Positions 7,898 to 18,924 of a DNA stretch of 64,000 bases are shown one piece after another (the first letter of the stretch is position 1; each line of letters starts with the position of its first letter). The position numbers and the translations under genes are program-made. The stretch is from positions 15,074 through 79,073 of the forward strand of contig CAYXFU010000016.1 in assembly GCA_964464375.1 (NCBI GenBank). The letters run 5' to 3'. This stretch comes from an uncultured Hyphomicrobiales bacterium (GTDB lineage: Bacteria; Bacteroidota; Ignavibacteria; Kapaibacteriales; UBA2268). The notes beneath the pieces were generated by a model. That model saw only the letters and a list, made by a program, of their open reading frames with translations, did no database searches and was not told the DNA's origin.

Positions 7898-10800
7898 TCA
7901 CTCAGTGATTGCTTCAGTGAAGATATCCTTGGATGGAACTGTAAAATAGAAGCTGGTGCCTTTGCCCAATCTTGATTCAACCCGGATTTTTCCATGGTGT
8001 TTATCAACAAATTCCTTGCATAGAACAAGTCCAAGACCTGTGCCTGGTTCACCTTTTGTTCCGATAGATATTATTTTTTCGTCTATCTTGAAGAGTTTCC
8101 GTCGTATCTCATCAGTCATGCCAATGCCATCGTCTTTGATGCAGATTTCCACCATATCATTATCGAGAACTACAGAAGTGATGTCAATATGCCCGCCTTC
8201 ATTGGTGAACTTCAGTGCATTCGAAACAAAATTGCGGACGATTGTGTTTATCATATTGAGGTCAGCAAAGATAAAAATATTCTCGTCAGAGTTATTTAAT
8301 AATTCTATTTTTTTGGTTGAGGCATTCGACATCAGAATATCCATCGGAATATCTATAGCATCCCGTAAGGAGAGATTTTCGGGATTGAACGGGATAGCAC
8401 CATTCTGAATCCTTGACCATTCAAGAAGATTATTGAGCAGGCGATTCAATCTGTTGGCATTAATATTCAGCTCCGACAGGAATTCACTTAACTCTGTAAA
8501 GCTAAGGTTATAGACTTCCTTTGTCATCATTTCTGTTAACATCAGGAACGAAGACAATGGACTTCTAAGGTCGTGGGCAATAATTGAAAAGAATCTATCC
8601 TTGCTTGCATTGAGCTCCTTCAGCTGAGTTGAAGATTCCGACAGTGAAAGATTGAGTTCCTGAACCACTTTCGCTTCTTCTTCTATTTTGTCATGTGAAA
8701 TCTGAAGCTCATCGATCAGCTTTATTTTCTCATTCTCATGGATTTTATCTATTGTAACGTCCTGTATAAAGCCCATTAATTTGTTTGCTTTGTTATTCTC
8801 ATCGAACAGGACTTCATTGGAAGTGATAACGTAGCGGACAGAACCATCAACCCGGATAATTCTATGTTCAAATTCAAACATTCCTGAACCTGAAATTGAG
8901 TCTTCAATTCTGCTAGTATATTCTTCAAGATCATCGGGATGAATAAACTTCTTCATAATTTCGTTTGAAGGCTCTATCTCGCCAACCATCAAGCCGTAAA
9001 TTCTATAAATCTCATCGGACCAGTAAGATTCACCAGATTTGAGATTTACCTCCCAGCTTCCCAGATGAGCAAGTTTTTCTGAGTAAAGGAGGCGCTTTTC
9101 ATTATTCTTCAGAATTTCCTCAAACCGTTTTGCTTCAGTTACATCATGTCCAATTGCTTCATAGGTACGCACATACTTGCTTTCATCTCTCACCGGAATA
9201 AAAGTGAATTCCATCAATTTGTGCTGACCTTTTCTCGTTATCCATGTCAGAAGCTGGTTTTTGACGATTTTTTTTCCGCTCTTCAGCATTTCGATTATAT
9301 TTATGCTGGTTTCTATCGAATCCGGATGAAGAATTTTGAAGGATAGACTCGAATCTTCCTGGAATTCCGATAGTCTGTATCCGAGTAATTGCTCAGCGGC
9401 AGGGTTCAGAAATATAATCTGACCAGTATCAGCTTCCGCTCTGTATATAGCTTCACCTGCGTTGAGTGTTAATCGCTCATAAGTATCACTCAATTCTCTT
9501 AGCTTGTTCTTTAATTTCTTGCTTTCGGTTCTGTCTATTATTGTTATCAGTCCATGCGGAGTATTGTTCTTTGTGAAAGGAACAATAATATAATCCAGCC
9601 AGATTTCGCGACCGTCGTAGCTTTCTGATAGAATCTCGCCGTAAGCTTTTTTGTCGGTTTCCATAACAAACTTAAATTCATCGTAGATAGTCGATGTGAG
9701 GCAGATTATACTTTCCTTGAGAGTCAGTTTCTGCATTTTGTCGAGCTCTATACCAAGTATCTTGCAAAAAGAGGTGTTTACAAATACGCAATCACCATTA
9801 CAGTTGTAAGCCGCTTTACCCAAAGGAGATGCTTCAATAATTTTGATGTTAAGATCGAGTTCATCCTGGATTTTCTTCTCAAGAATTTTTCTTTCGGTGA
9901 TATCTCGTGCAATACCTGTCGTACCAAGAACATTCCCATCGTTATCGATAATTGGTGCATTATGAATTTCAATCCAGCTGTCTTCACCGTTTATCTCTAA
10001 ATGTTCTTCTGTACTTATCTTTTTTCCCTGCGTCATAACTTCGATGTCGTTCTGAAGATGCCGGTAAGCCAAATCATCAGGGAAGACATCGTGATCGTTT
10101 TTCCCGATTAATTTATCGGGATCCTTTTCGGGACTAAGCTCAGCAAGAGTCTTATTCACGAGAAGATACTTTCCTTCTTCGTCCTTAAACCAGGAATAAA
10201 ATGGTAGGTTATCAAAGATTGCCCGAAAATGTGCTTCTTTAACCCTCAGATCATTTTCCGTTTTAAGTCTCTCTGATATATTTCTTGAAATACTGAGAAT
10301 CACTTCTCTGCCATTGAGTTCGATAATACTGCTCTTAGCTTCAACCGGAATAATCTCGCCGGATTTATTCACATGGAATGAATCGAACACAATCACGCGA
10401 TTCTCAATGAGCTGAGCTAATTTCTGCGGACGAATCTCCTGAATATGCTGTGGCATAAAGTCATAGAGAGTTGAGCTTGTCAGGACTTCATAACTGCATC
10501 CAAAATGCTGAGTGGCGGCATAGTTAGCCTCGATTATTCTGCCATCGAATTCGTGAATCAGCACGGGATCGAGCAGGTTGTCCAGAATTGCCTTGAAGTA
10601 GTTTCGTGCAGAACGCAGTTCTTTTTCTATATTAATAAGTTTAGTGATGTTACGGCAAACAATAATTGTAGCTTTATAAGTTCCATTTTCGTCAAGATCG
10701 GGTGTGGCTGCAATAGATAGAATCCTACTTTCACCGTTTGGGCGGATAATTTGCAATTGGTAATTACTGCTTTCGCCACGTTTACGCTTTTCAGTTTCTT

Positions 10801-11011
10801 TACGCAAAAGAATGATCTGGCTTTCGGGAACGAAATCGAGGAGACTCTTGCCGGTAAGCTCACCGTGGGTAACCCCGAATATCCGCGATAGAGCTTTATT
10901 GCAGTATATAATGTTTTCATTTTCATCCACAACGAAGAATCCGTCATTGATGTTCTCAATGAGTCTGTTATAATCGAGTTTATAATCCTGGTTGTCAGGT
11001 AAATCAGTCAT
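7898..11011 (-). CDS. Multi-PAS sensor histidine kinase
   Basis: several PAS-like repeats; H-box FFSIIAHDLRSPL; HATPase_c GTGLGLVLCKEF..GKGTSFYF. Confidence 0.85.
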   Translation of the reverse strand: MTDLPDNQDYKLDYNRLIENINDGFFVVDENENIIYCNKALSRIFGVTHGELTGKSLLDFVPESQIILLRKETEKRKRGESSNYQLQIIRPNGESRILSIAATPDLDENGTYKATIIVCRNITKLINIEKELRSARNYFKAILDNLLDPVLIHEFDGRIIEANYAATQHFGCSYEVLTSSTLYDFMPQHIQEIRPQKLAQLIENRVIVFDSFHVNKSGEIIPVEAKSSIIELNGREVILSISRNISERLKTENDLRVKEAHFRAIFDNLPFYSWFKDEEGKYLLVNKTLAELSPEKDPDKLIGKNDHDVFPDDLAYRHLQNDIEVMTQGKKISTEEHLEINGEDSWIEIHNAPIIDNDGNVLGTTGIARDITERKILEKKIQDELDLNIKIIEASPLGKAAYNCNGDCVFVNTSFCKILGIELDKMQKLTLKESIICLTSTIYDEFKFVMETDKKAYGEILSESYDGREIWLDYIIVPFTKNNTPHGLITIIDRTESKKLKNKLRELSDTYERLTLNAGEAIYRAEADTGQIIFLNPAAEQLLGYRLSEFQEDSSLSFKILHPDSIETSINIIEMLKSGKKIVKNQLLTWITRKGQHKLMEFTFIPVRDESKYVRTYEAIGHDVTEAKRFEEILKNNEKRLLYSEKLAHLGSWEVNLKSGESYWSDEIYRIYGLMVGEIEPSNEIMKKFIHPDDLEEYTSRIEDSISGSGMFEFEHRIIRVDGSVRYVITSNEVLFDENNKANKLMGFIQDVTIDKIHENEKIKLIDELQISHDKIEEEAKVVQELNLSLSESSTQLKELNASKDRFFSIIAHDLRSPLSSFLMLTEMMTKEVYNLSFTELSEFLSELNINANRLNRLLNNLLEWSRIQNGAIPFNPENLSLRDAIDIPMDILMSNASTKKIELLNNSDENIFIFADLNMINTIVRNFVSNALKFTNEGGHIDITSVVLDNDMVEICIKDDGIGMTDEIRRKLFKIDEKIISIGTKGEPGTGLGLVLCKEFVDKHHGKIRVESRLGKGTSFYFTVPSKDIFTEAITE

Positions 11012-11090
11012 ATCGCCGCTTTTCGCTTTAAAAGCCTGTTGTTTGTCCTAGACCAATTCGCACTCAAACATATAATTTAAATACAAAGTT

Positions 11091-11155
11091 GTCATTCCTG
11101 CACATGCAGGAATCTCGTAAAGTTAGAGAGATTCCGGGACAAGCCCGGAATGACA
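11091..11155. repeat. 65-nt hairpin repeat bounded by GTCATTC...GAATGAC (attcctgcacatgcaggaat + ttccgggacaagcccggaa)
   Basis: inverted termini and internal palindromes; member of a dispersed repeat superfamily. Confidence 0.6.
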
Positions 11156-11414
11156 CGATGATATTATTTTTCATCTATGTTATCATCTTGGTATCGGACT
11201 CAGAAATTCGTACAATTTCAGTCTAATCTAATATAATCGACAATATAAGGAATATATTGAGAGAGTGTGGAAAAAAAATCAGAATTTTTTGAATAATTTA
11301 ACCAAATTGTTCTATTGTGAATGGTTAGATGGGATTGCATCTAAAATGGATAAATATTAAACCCAGATAGTGCATTGGAACGTTTTCTATTCTTTGAAAA
11401 CGCTGTTCTGTCAT

Positions 11415-11460
11415 GTCATTCCTGCAATCACAAAGTAACAGCGAAGCTAATGCAGGAATC
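11415..11460. repeat. Partial copy of the same repeat family (gtcattcctgca...tgcaggaatc)
   Basis: shared terminus and stem sequence. Confidence 0.5.
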
Positions 11461-11581
11461 TTTTTTTGGTAAGAAAAGCATAGATTCCCGCCTTGTCTGG
11501 AATGTCATAATCAATAAATTGCAACGCCTGTATTAGCCCCCTTTTTTCAAAGGAAGTTTGGGGGTTTCTCCGGAATAATTC

Positions 11582-12256
11582 TTACTCTTTTGTTGCAATA
11601 ATCCTGTAAAAAGGAATGTTCATTTTTCGGCAGAACGTTTCTTTGTTGGTGATGGGTAATCCCCATTCATCGTCACTTTCTATAAATTTTGGGTTCAGCG
11701 ATTTAATATCTTTCAGCATCTCCAGATGATATTCATGAACTTCTTCGACATCGGTAGCAAGGAACAATCTGCCACCCTGCCTCAATACACGTATGAATTC
11801 TAGCAGAACAGGATTGTTGAAAGCTCTGCGTTTGTGGTGCTTCTTCTTGGGCCATGGATCGGGGAAAAGATAATATATTTCGTCGATAGATTCACTATTG
11901 ATGAACCCTAATCCATTCACAACGCTATACCACAGAATGCCGCAGTTAGGAATATTTTCTCCAGCGATCACTTCCTGAAGCCAGTCAACTGCACCTTTGC
12001 GAACTTCTATCCCCAAGATGTTAATTTCCGGATATGCCTCGGCAGTATCGAGCAGAAGTCTGCCCTTGCCGCAACCTACGTCTAGTCTTGATGGCGGGAG
12101 TGAATTGCTGTAAACATCCTTCCAATCAATTGATTCAATCAATGGGGGATAGAAGTTCGGCACTTCCTTCAGCTCACTCAATGGCAGATAGAGATTAGGC
12201 GATGTGTGATGCCTCATCCTGTTAGGAAGCGGATATTTTTCTGAATCTATTTTCAA
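11582..12256 (-). CDS. trmB: tRNA (guanine46-N7)-methyltransferase
   Basis: VGCGKGRLLL SAM motif and the signature FPDPWPKKKHHKRR. Confidence 0.85.
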   Translation of the reverse strand: MKIDSEKYPLPNRMRHHTSPNLYLPLSELKEVPNFYPPLIESIDWKDVYSNSLPPSRLDVGCGKGRLLLDTAEAYPEINILGIEVRKGAVDWLQEVIAGENIPNCGILWYSVVNGLGFINSESIDEIYYLFPDPWPKKKHHKRRAFNNPVLLEFIRVLRQGGRLFLATDVEEVHEYHLEMLKDIKSLNPKFIESDDEWGLPITNKETFCRKMNIPFYRIIATKE

Positions 12257-12265
12257 TATATTTAA

Positions 12266-14686
12266 CTAAAATTTTCTCAATTCTGCATTGAACTTTGTTT
12301 CTAAAAACTTGATAATCAGTGCAACAGAATTATCTACTTCGGTGTCTGTCAAAGTTCTGTCATTAGCTGAATAGCTCACCGAAAAGGCAAGGCTCTTCTT
12401 ACCTTCGGCTAAATTCTTGCCCTTGTAAACATCAAAAATATCAACAGATTTGCAGATATTCCCAGCGTTCTTTTGGATAGCCTGACGCAGATCCTCAGCC
12501 GGGATAGTGTCATCAACGAGTAAAGCCAGATCGCGTGTTACAGTTGGGAACGGCGATACAGAATCGAACTTCCACTGCTTGCGGTCAATTTTGTAGAGCT
12601 TGTGCAAATCCAGATTAGCTGCGAAAACCGGATAATTTATGTCGAATTGTTTTAGTATTTTTTGGTTTACTTCACCGATATAGCCAATTACCTGATTGCC
12701 AATATTGATGCTGACTGTATTCTTCGAAAGAACAGAATGATCCTCGCTTATGGGAAGCAAGCGGACTTTCTTGATTTTCATAGAAGTCAATAAATCCTCA
12801 ACTATGCCGCGGATATCATAGAAATCAGATTGTCTGTCGGTTGAGCCCCACTGCGTCGGCAGTGGTTTTCCAGTCATCACGATCAACAATTCTTCATTTT
12901 CATAAATGCCCGGAATAAATGTGGAAGTTTCTTTCGACACTTTTTGGAATGTCTTTCCAACCTCAAACAATTTGAGATCAAGATTTCTCAGTCTGTGATT
13001 TCTCTCAATCGTCTTGAACATCGATGGGAAAAGAGAGGATCTCAAAATGGACAATTCTTCCCCAAGCGGATTGGAAATAACAACGGGGTCTTCAGTGAAA
13101 ACTGCTGATGATTTTGGATCGATCATGTTTTGTGTTAAAGCTTCATTGTAGCCGTTCGCAACCAAATACTCTCTTATAACTGAGCGCAGCACCGGTACTT
13201 TCAGCTCATCAATCGAACCAGTTCCCGAGCTGTCGATGGATACAGAGAAGTCGGGTTGAATATTGTCGTAATTATACAATCTGGCAATCTCTTCGATCAG
13301 ATCTATCTCCATCGAAATGTCAACGCGGTATGTCGGCACTTTCAGTGTAACCGATTCTGAATTTTCGCTGATAATTTCGAAATCAAGAGCAAGAAGCATT
13401 TCCCTTATTTCTTCATTATTAAGATAAGTTCCAATCACATCATTAGCTCTTTTATATCTTAGAGTTACTTCCTTAGGACTAATCTTAGCAGGATATACAT
13501 CGATAATTCCTTCGCAAACTGTTCCACCTGTAATCTCTGCGATGAGTGTTGCTGCTCTGTCCGAAGCATAAGCAACATTTTCCCAATCAATTCCGCGTTC
13601 AAATCTATAAGATGATTCGCTCTGCAGTGCTAATCTTTTGGATGTTCTTCTGATAGATGCCGGGCTGAAGTAAGCAGATTCGAGAAGAATATCAACAGTG
13701 TCATTCTTGACTTCGCTGTTCTCTCCACCCATAACACCTCCGACAGCTACTGGACGTTCAGCATCGCATATCATCAGCATCGATGAATCGAAAATTCTTT
13801 CTTTACTGTCGAGTGTAGTGAACTTCTGCTCATTCTCGGCAGTCTTTACAATTATCTTGTTACCCTTTAAATCTCTCAGATCGAAAGCATGAAGCGGTTG
13901 ACCACATTCGAGAAGGATGTAGTTTGTTACATCAACTACTGCATTGACAGGTCTCTGACCGAGCATGATAAGTCTTTGTTTGAGCCACTGAGGCGATTCC
14001 TGCATTTTAATGTTTTTAATAACTCTGCCTGTGTATCTCGGGCATTTGTCTGCATCCAGGATTTCAACTGAAACAAAATCAGATGACTTCTCATTGCCTT
14101 CGGCGAATTTGACTTGCGGTTTTCTGACCTTTTGTCTGGAATATGCTGCAATTTCACGGGCAATACCAAGATGACTCAGACAATCCGATCTATTGGGCGT
14201 GATACCAATTTCATAAATAACATCATTCAGATTCAAATAATCGAGAAGAGTCATGCCTACCTCAGCTGATTCAGGAAGAACCCAGATACCATCGTGATCT
14301 TCACCAAGCTCGAGTTCAACCTGTGCACAGATCATGCCTTCTGACTCTACATTGCGGACTTTACGTTTTTCAAGGACTATCTTTGAGTTTGGCACACAAG
14401 CTCCGGGGATGCCTACGACAACTTTCTGCCCCTGTGCAACATTAGGAGCACCACAGACAATAGTTTTTTCCCCATCACCATAATCAACTCTGCAGACTGA
14501 AAGTTTATCGGCATTGGGATGTTTTTCATGATGAAGAACATGACCGATAAAGAAATTTTTATATTTTTCGTTGTAATCAACAATGTGTTCAACCTCAATC
14601 CCGAGACCAGTTAAAATATTGTCAATTTCGGATGGAGAATAATCAAAGTCAACAAACTCTTTCAGCCAATTGTGAGATATATACAT
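12266..14686 (-). CDS. pheT: Phenylalanine--tRNA ligase beta subunit
   Basis: 806 aa; N-terminus MYISHNWLKEFVDF; tRNA-binding, B3/B4 and B5 domain pattern. Confidence 0.9.
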   Translation of the reverse strand: MYISHNWLKEFVDFDYSPSEIDNILTGLGIEVEHIVDYNEKYKNFFIGHVLHHEKHPNADKLSVCRVDYGDGEKTIVCGAPNVAQGQKVVVGIPGACVPNSKIVLEKRKVRNVESEGMICAQVELELGEDHDGIWVLPESAEVGMTLLDYLNLNDVIYEIGITPNRSDCLSHLGIAREIAAYSRQKVRKPQVKFAEGNEKSSDFVSVEILDADKCPRYTGRVIKNIKMQESPQWLKQRLIMLGQRPVNAVVDVTNYILLECGQPLHAFDLRDLKGNKIIVKTAENEQKFTTLDSKERIFDSSMLMICDAERPVAVGGVMGGENSEVKNDTVDILLESAYFSPASIRRTSKRLALQSESSYRFERGIDWENVAYASDRAATLIAEITGGTVCEGIIDVYPAKISPKEVTLRYKRANDVIGTYLNNEEIREMLLALDFEIISENSESVTLKVPTYRVDISMEIDLIEEIARLYNYDNIQPDFSVSIDSSGTGSIDELKVPVLRSVIREYLVANGYNEALTQNMIDPKSSAVFTEDPVVISNPLGEELSILRSSLFPSMFKTIERNHRLRNLDLKLFEVGKTFQKVSKETSTFIPGIYENEELLIVMTGKPLPTQWGSTDRQSDFYDIRGIVEDLLTSMKIKKVRLLPISEDHSVLSKNTVSINIGNQVIGYIGEVNQKILKQFDINYPVFAANLDLHKLYKIDRKQWKFDSVSPFPTVTRDLALLVDDTIPAEDLRQAIQKNAGNICKSVDIFDVYKGKNLAEGKKSLAFSVSYSANDRTLTDTEVDNSVALIIKFLETKFNAELRKF

Positions 14687-14852
14687 AAAATTTGCTTAAT
14701 TAATTGATAATCATTAAAATTAAAAGATATGCAATTTACGGAAATATGGTTATTTATAAAAATTTGGTTAATCAACTCAGTTTCATATCAAAATATCCGA
14801 TAATAAATAATTATAACAGAAATTAATCGTCTGATGAAAAAAATTATTTTTG

Positions 14853-14860
14853 TAGATTTG
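14853..14860 (+). promoter_or_regulatory. Candidate Bacteroidetes-type -7 element TAGATTTG ~33 nt upstream of the 14893 start
   Basis: matches the TAnnTTTG consensus; position plausible; no further support. Confidence 0.3.
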
Positions 14861-14892
14861 TAGTGGTGCCTAATAAATAAGTTTATATTAAC

Positions 14893-15567
14893 TTGAAAAA
14901 GAGAATTTTATATATAACTTCCTTGTTTCTTTTGCTGATATTCCCCATCTCGGCTATCGGTATGGATATTTCTGTGCACAAATGCAAGCATTCAGGCAAT
15001 TTACATTTCTCATTCTATCAGTTAGATTCTAAAAATCAGTATGATGATTGCTGCTGTAAAACTGAAGCGGAGAAAGCTGCAGAGCCAATACCAATGTCCT
15101 GCTGCGATTCTGAAACCACAGAAACAGCAAAACCCATTAACAAAGTGATAGAAAAGCAACAGGAATCTACACAAGTTGAGTCATGCTGCTCAAAAGCAAA
15201 AATGCCACCCAAAAGTAAGACAACTGTTGAAATTGAATCTAAATCAAATACTTCCGAGTCAACCAGTACAATTACTGAAAATATCAAATGCGAAAATGAG
15301 ATATCAAAACCAGTTACCTGCTGCGATATTTCTAAAGTATCTTTTTCTCTATCTTCAGCACCAATTCGGATTTTAAGTTCAGAGAAAACAATCAGAGCAA
15401 ATGTTTACATACCTCATTTGACTTTGATATCGATCCTTAGCTATCAAACTTCAGACAAATCAAAATGTGTTACAATTGACTATCCACTAAAGGAACCGGT
15501 TAATAAGATCATATCATTCATATCACTTCAATCCAATCAAAAGGATGATTCGGACAGTCATTCCTAG
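14893..15567 (+). CDS. Cysteine-rich secreted protein (CCC, SCC, TCC, HKCKH motifs), possible metal-binding
   Basis: signal peptide; many CC doublets and one triplet; acidic and low-complexity. Confidence 0.4.
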   Translation: MKKRILYITSLFLLLIFPISAIGMDISVHKCKHSGNLHFSFYQLDSKNQYDDCCCKTEAEKAAEPIPMSCCDSETTETAKPINKVIEKQQESTQVESCCSKAKMPPKSKTTVEIESKSNTSESTSTITENIKCENEISKPVTCCDISKVSFSLSSAPIRILSSEKTIRANVYIPHLTLISILSYQTSDKSKCVTIDYPLKEPVNKIISFISLQSNQKDDSDSHS

Positions 15568-15743
15568 TGTCTCTACAGTTATTAGCTGTAGAAACTTCCA
15601 ATATTATCAAGATAAAAAAAAGAACATGTCATTCTGATAAAACGAAGTATTTCAGGTATCTATAATACGGATTCGTTAATCAGAAATGACAAAGCAGAAG
15701 TATATTCCTGCATGAGAGATTACGTGAAAAGTCTGATTTAGAT

Positions 15744-15820
15744 GTCATTCCGAACGAAGTGAGGAATCTAGTCCGCATGAATACTAGATTCTCACGGTCG
15801 CTTCGCTCCCTCAGAATGAC
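15744..15820. repeat. 77-nt GTCATTC...GAATGAC hairpin repeat (family A, inverted orientation)
   Basis: gtcattccgaacgaagtgaggaatc...ctcacggtcgcttcgctccctcagaatgac. Confidence 0.65.
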
Positions 15821-15895
15821 AAAATCGTAGTTTTTACACAGCCGCAGGAGTAGGAATAACAAAAACATATTAATAAAATAACATTTGGAAAAAAA

Positions 15896-18145
15896 ATGAA
15901 ATTTAATAGAAGAAAAGCATTAATCTTTAATATTTGTTTGTTTGTAATAGCATTATCCTCCTTTGTATTCTCAAAAGATATTAGTGGTACAGTTTCAGGT
16001 CTTGGAGCAGACAATAAACCTGCGCCGCTGGTCAAAGCCTCGGTTCATTGGATTGGAACTTCTATCGGTGCAATTACCGATAAATCAGGAAAATTCCAGA
16101 TTGCGTCAACAAATAAATCAAACAAACTTGAAGTATCATATATTGGATACAAGAAAGACACATTGGAAGTGTCAGATTATTCTAAACCGATTGATGTCGT
16201 TTTAAAGGCCGATCTAACTCTGGACGCAATCACAGTCAATGCCGTTCAGCCTTCAAGACTTTTATCAAACAGCACCATAAAAACTGAATCAACAACATTG
16301 CGTGGCTTGCAGAAAGCTGCATGCTGTAATTTATCCGAGAGCTTTCAGACGAATCCATCTGTGGATGTGTCATTTACAAATGCAGTTACGGGTGCCAAGC
16401 AAATACAGTTGCTTGGGCTTCAGGGTGTATATATTCAAGCGCTAAATGAACAAGTTCCTTCAATGAGAGGTTTATCCGCTAATCTTGGTTTGGAATATGT
16501 ACCCGGACCATGGATGGAATCAATTCAGATATCTAAAGGATTAGCTTCTGTAGTTACTGGTTTTGAATCCATTAGCGGTCAAATGAATATCGAGTTTAAG
16601 AAACCTGAACATGAAATTCCTCTTTTCTTCAATGCATATATTAATAATATTGGGAGAGGAGAAGTAAACCTTACCTCAGCAATTAAACTTAGCGATAATG
16701 TCAGTACAATGATATTTGGGCACACAAGTTTCAATCAAGTTAAGGTAGATGATAATGCTGATTCATTCATTGATAAACCATTATCAAAGCAGTTCAATTT
16801 CATGAATAGATGGGACATTTGGGATGGTATATGGGAATCACGTACCATTATTAAAGGTCTCTATGATGAACGCAATGGCGGTCAGTCTGAATACTGGCCC
16901 AACAAGAACAACACTTTTTATGGCATGCAGATGAAGTCCCAGAAATTTGAATTCATAACAAAAAATGGATTTATTTTTCCTGAGGCTTCATATAGCAGTA
17001 TCGGGACTATCGTATCGCTCACACATTACAAAGTTGATTCATACTTTGATAAAGTGCTGTACAACGGGGAGGAAAATTCCTTGTATGCTAGAGTAATGTA
17101 TCAGTCACAACTGTTTGATTCAACTCATAAATACATGATTGGACTCAGCTATACTTCTGATAATTTTATCGAAAATCTTCAATCATTGGGCAAAACACAA
17201 CTTAAGTACTCACCCAAACTCGAATCTATACCGGGTGCTTTCATCGAATACACTTATTCAGGAATTCAGGATCTAACACTGATGGCTGGTTTCAGAGCTG
17301 ATTTTCCTAATAAATTTGCCCGTTTTCTTACTCCGAGATTTCATGCTCAGTACAGATTTGACGAAAATAATGCTATCAGGGCTTCTGTTGGGAAGGGATA
17401 CAGAATAGCAAATATTCATGCAGAAGATATCGGAATATTTGCAAGTTCCCGAAAACTGTTCATGGATGGAAAACAATCACCTGAAGAAGCATGGAATTAT
17501 GGAATGAACGCTTCAACATTGATTCCTTTGTTTGGTATCGATTTTACAGTGAATGCTGAGTTCTATAGAACGGAGTTCAAAAATCAGATTATAGTCGATA
17601 TGGAACAGAAGCAAACCGAAATGCATATCTATAACTTAAAGGGTCAATCATATTCAAATAGCTTTCAGATTGATGTGAGCGCAGAGCCGATTAATGGATT
17701 CATTATTACTACTGCTTACAGATTGAACGATGTAAAAATGACAATCAATGGTTCACTTGTCGATAAGCCGCTGCAGAGCCGTCAAAAGGGATTTTTGAAT
17801 CTTGCATATTCTACTTTCGGAGATGAATGGACATTCGACTTTACAGCAGAATACAATGGTAGCGGGAGATTGTTATCACTTGGATTCCTTGATACGTCAA
17901 TTTCAAAAGACCCATCAAATTGGATTGGCAATTCTCCGTCATTTATGTTGTATCATGCTCAGATAACAAAGAAATTCAAGAATTTTGATATCTATTTGGG
18001 CGGAGAAAATCTTTCGAATTACACACAGAAGGAAGTTATTCTTTCGCCGGATAACCCCAGAGGTCCATACTTTGATGGTGCTTTGGTTTGGGGACCGGTT
18101 ATCGGACGTATTATTTATTTAGGTATTAGATTAAGTATCAATTAA
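15896..18145 (+). CDS. TonB-dependent outer-membrane receptor (CarboxypepD_reg-like N-domain + plug + barrel)
   Basis: signal peptide; SGTVSG..KASVHWIGTSIGAITDKSGKFQI N-domain; plug motifs; 749 aa. Confidence 0.8.
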   Translation: MKFNRRKALIFNICLFVIALSSFVFSKDISGTVSGLGADNKPAPLVKASVHWIGTSIGAITDKSGKFQIASTNKSNKLEVSYIGYKKDTLEVSDYSKPIDVVLKADLTLDAITVNAVQPSRLLSNSTIKTESTTLRGLQKAACCNLSESFQTNPSVDVSFTNAVTGAKQIQLLGLQGVYIQALNEQVPSMRGLSANLGLEYVPGPWMESIQISKGLASVVTGFESISGQMNIEFKKPEHEIPLFFNAYINNIGRGEVNLTSAIKLSDNVSTMIFGHTSFNQVKVDDNADSFIDKPLSKQFNFMNRWDIWDGIWESRTIIKGLYDERNGGQSEYWPNKNNTFYGMQMKSQKFEFITKNGFIFPEASYSSIGTIVSLTHYKVDSYFDKVLYNGEENSLYARVMYQSQLFDSTHKYMIGLSYTSDNFIENLQSLGKTQLKYSPKLESIPGAFIEYTYSGIQDLTLMAGFRADFPNKFARFLTPRFHAQYRFDENNAIRASVGKGYRIANIHAEDIGIFASSRKLFMDGKQSPEEAWNYGMNASTLIPLFGIDFTVNAEFYRTEFKNQIIVDMEQKQTEMHIYNLKGQSYSNSFQIDVSAEPINGFIITTAYRLNDVKMTINGSLVDKPLQSRQKGFLNLAYSTFGDEWTFDFTAEYNGSGRLLSLGFLDTSISKDPSNWIGNSPSFMLYHAQITKKFKNFDIYLGGENLSNYTQKEVILSPDNPRGPYFDGALVWGPVIGRIIYLGIRLSIN

Positions 18146-18176
18146 TTCTATTCACATTCACATAAAGAGGTTTATA

Positions 18177-18890
18177 ATGAAAATAAATATAAGCAATTCC
18201 GGTATATTCCTTACAGTCTTAGTTATTACTATGTTCGGAATAATATCATTATCGCAGGCACAGACAGTAACTCAGCCACTTGCAGGAGTATCCACTTCAG
18301 CAAAGGTGTACACTTATACTCACATGCTTTCTCAGACTCAGAAAAAGGATATCAGATACATTATTATAAAAGCATCTAATGGCGATGTTAAGTCTTGTTT
18401 CGATGCTTGTGACGTTTGTTATCTTGCAAATAAAGGATATGTTCAGTCAGGGAATCTTCTAAGATGCAATAACTGTGGAAACACTTTTGCTATAGACGGA
18501 CTTGGATCACAAGGTGTAGGAGGATGTTGGCCCGGTCACCTTCCTCATACTCTTGATGCACAAAATGTGATCTTCACAGTTTCCGATCTTATCACCGGCG
18601 ATAAATACTATCCAACTAAAGCAGTAACAGCTGTTCAGGATGAACCTGTAAGAGAAATGGCTTTGAGCTTTAACTGGTTCATTAAATCTGATTTGCTGAC
18701 AGTCAGTATGGATAATGCAAGCGAGAGAAATATTTCCATATTCAATATTTCCGGTAAAATCTGTAAAACGCTCGCTTTTTCTTCTAATCAGATTACAGTT
18801 GATATTTCTGATTTATCTGTAGGTGTTTATTTGCTTTCGGTTGAAGAAAATGGCAGAACAACAAGTCAGACAATTGTTATTAACAGATAA
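18177..18890 (+). CDS. CxxC-x(n)-CxxC..GGCWP protein (possibly DUF2318-like metal-binding) fused to a T9SS CTD
   Basis: CFDACDVCYLANKGY..LRCNNCGNTF..GVGGCWPGH; C-terminus ISGKICKTLAF..LSVGVYLLSV. Confidence 0.45.
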   Translation: MKINISNSGIFLTVLVITMFGIISLSQAQTVTQPLAGVSTSAKVYTYTHMLSQTQKKDIRYIIIKASNGDVKSCFDACDVCYLANKGYVQSGNLLRCNNCGNTFAIDGLGSQGVGGCWPGHLPHTLDAQNVIFTVSDLITGDKYYPTKAVTAVQDEPVREMALSFNWFIKSDLLTVSMDNASERNISIFNISGKICKTLAFSSNQITVDISDLSVGVYLLSVEENGRTTSQTIVINR

Positions 18891-18924
18891 AATTTAACTA
18901 AGTCTAAAATTTGAAAGAAAAATA

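Noticed and set aside
7350-7949. Several 60-110 aa ORFs (7350..7562 +, 7477..7737 -, 7623..7949 +) overlapping the AAA ATPase and kinase genes
   Set aside because: They are fully embedded in or antisense to strong, motif-supported CDS. Their composition is low-complexity (Ser/Leu-rich) and they have no recognisable motifs. Treated as spurious. The same applies to the other small antisense ORFs in the track (e.g. 1077..1403, 8-10 kb, 13.7-14.6 kb, 24.8-26.4 kb, 39-41 kb, 55-59 kb).
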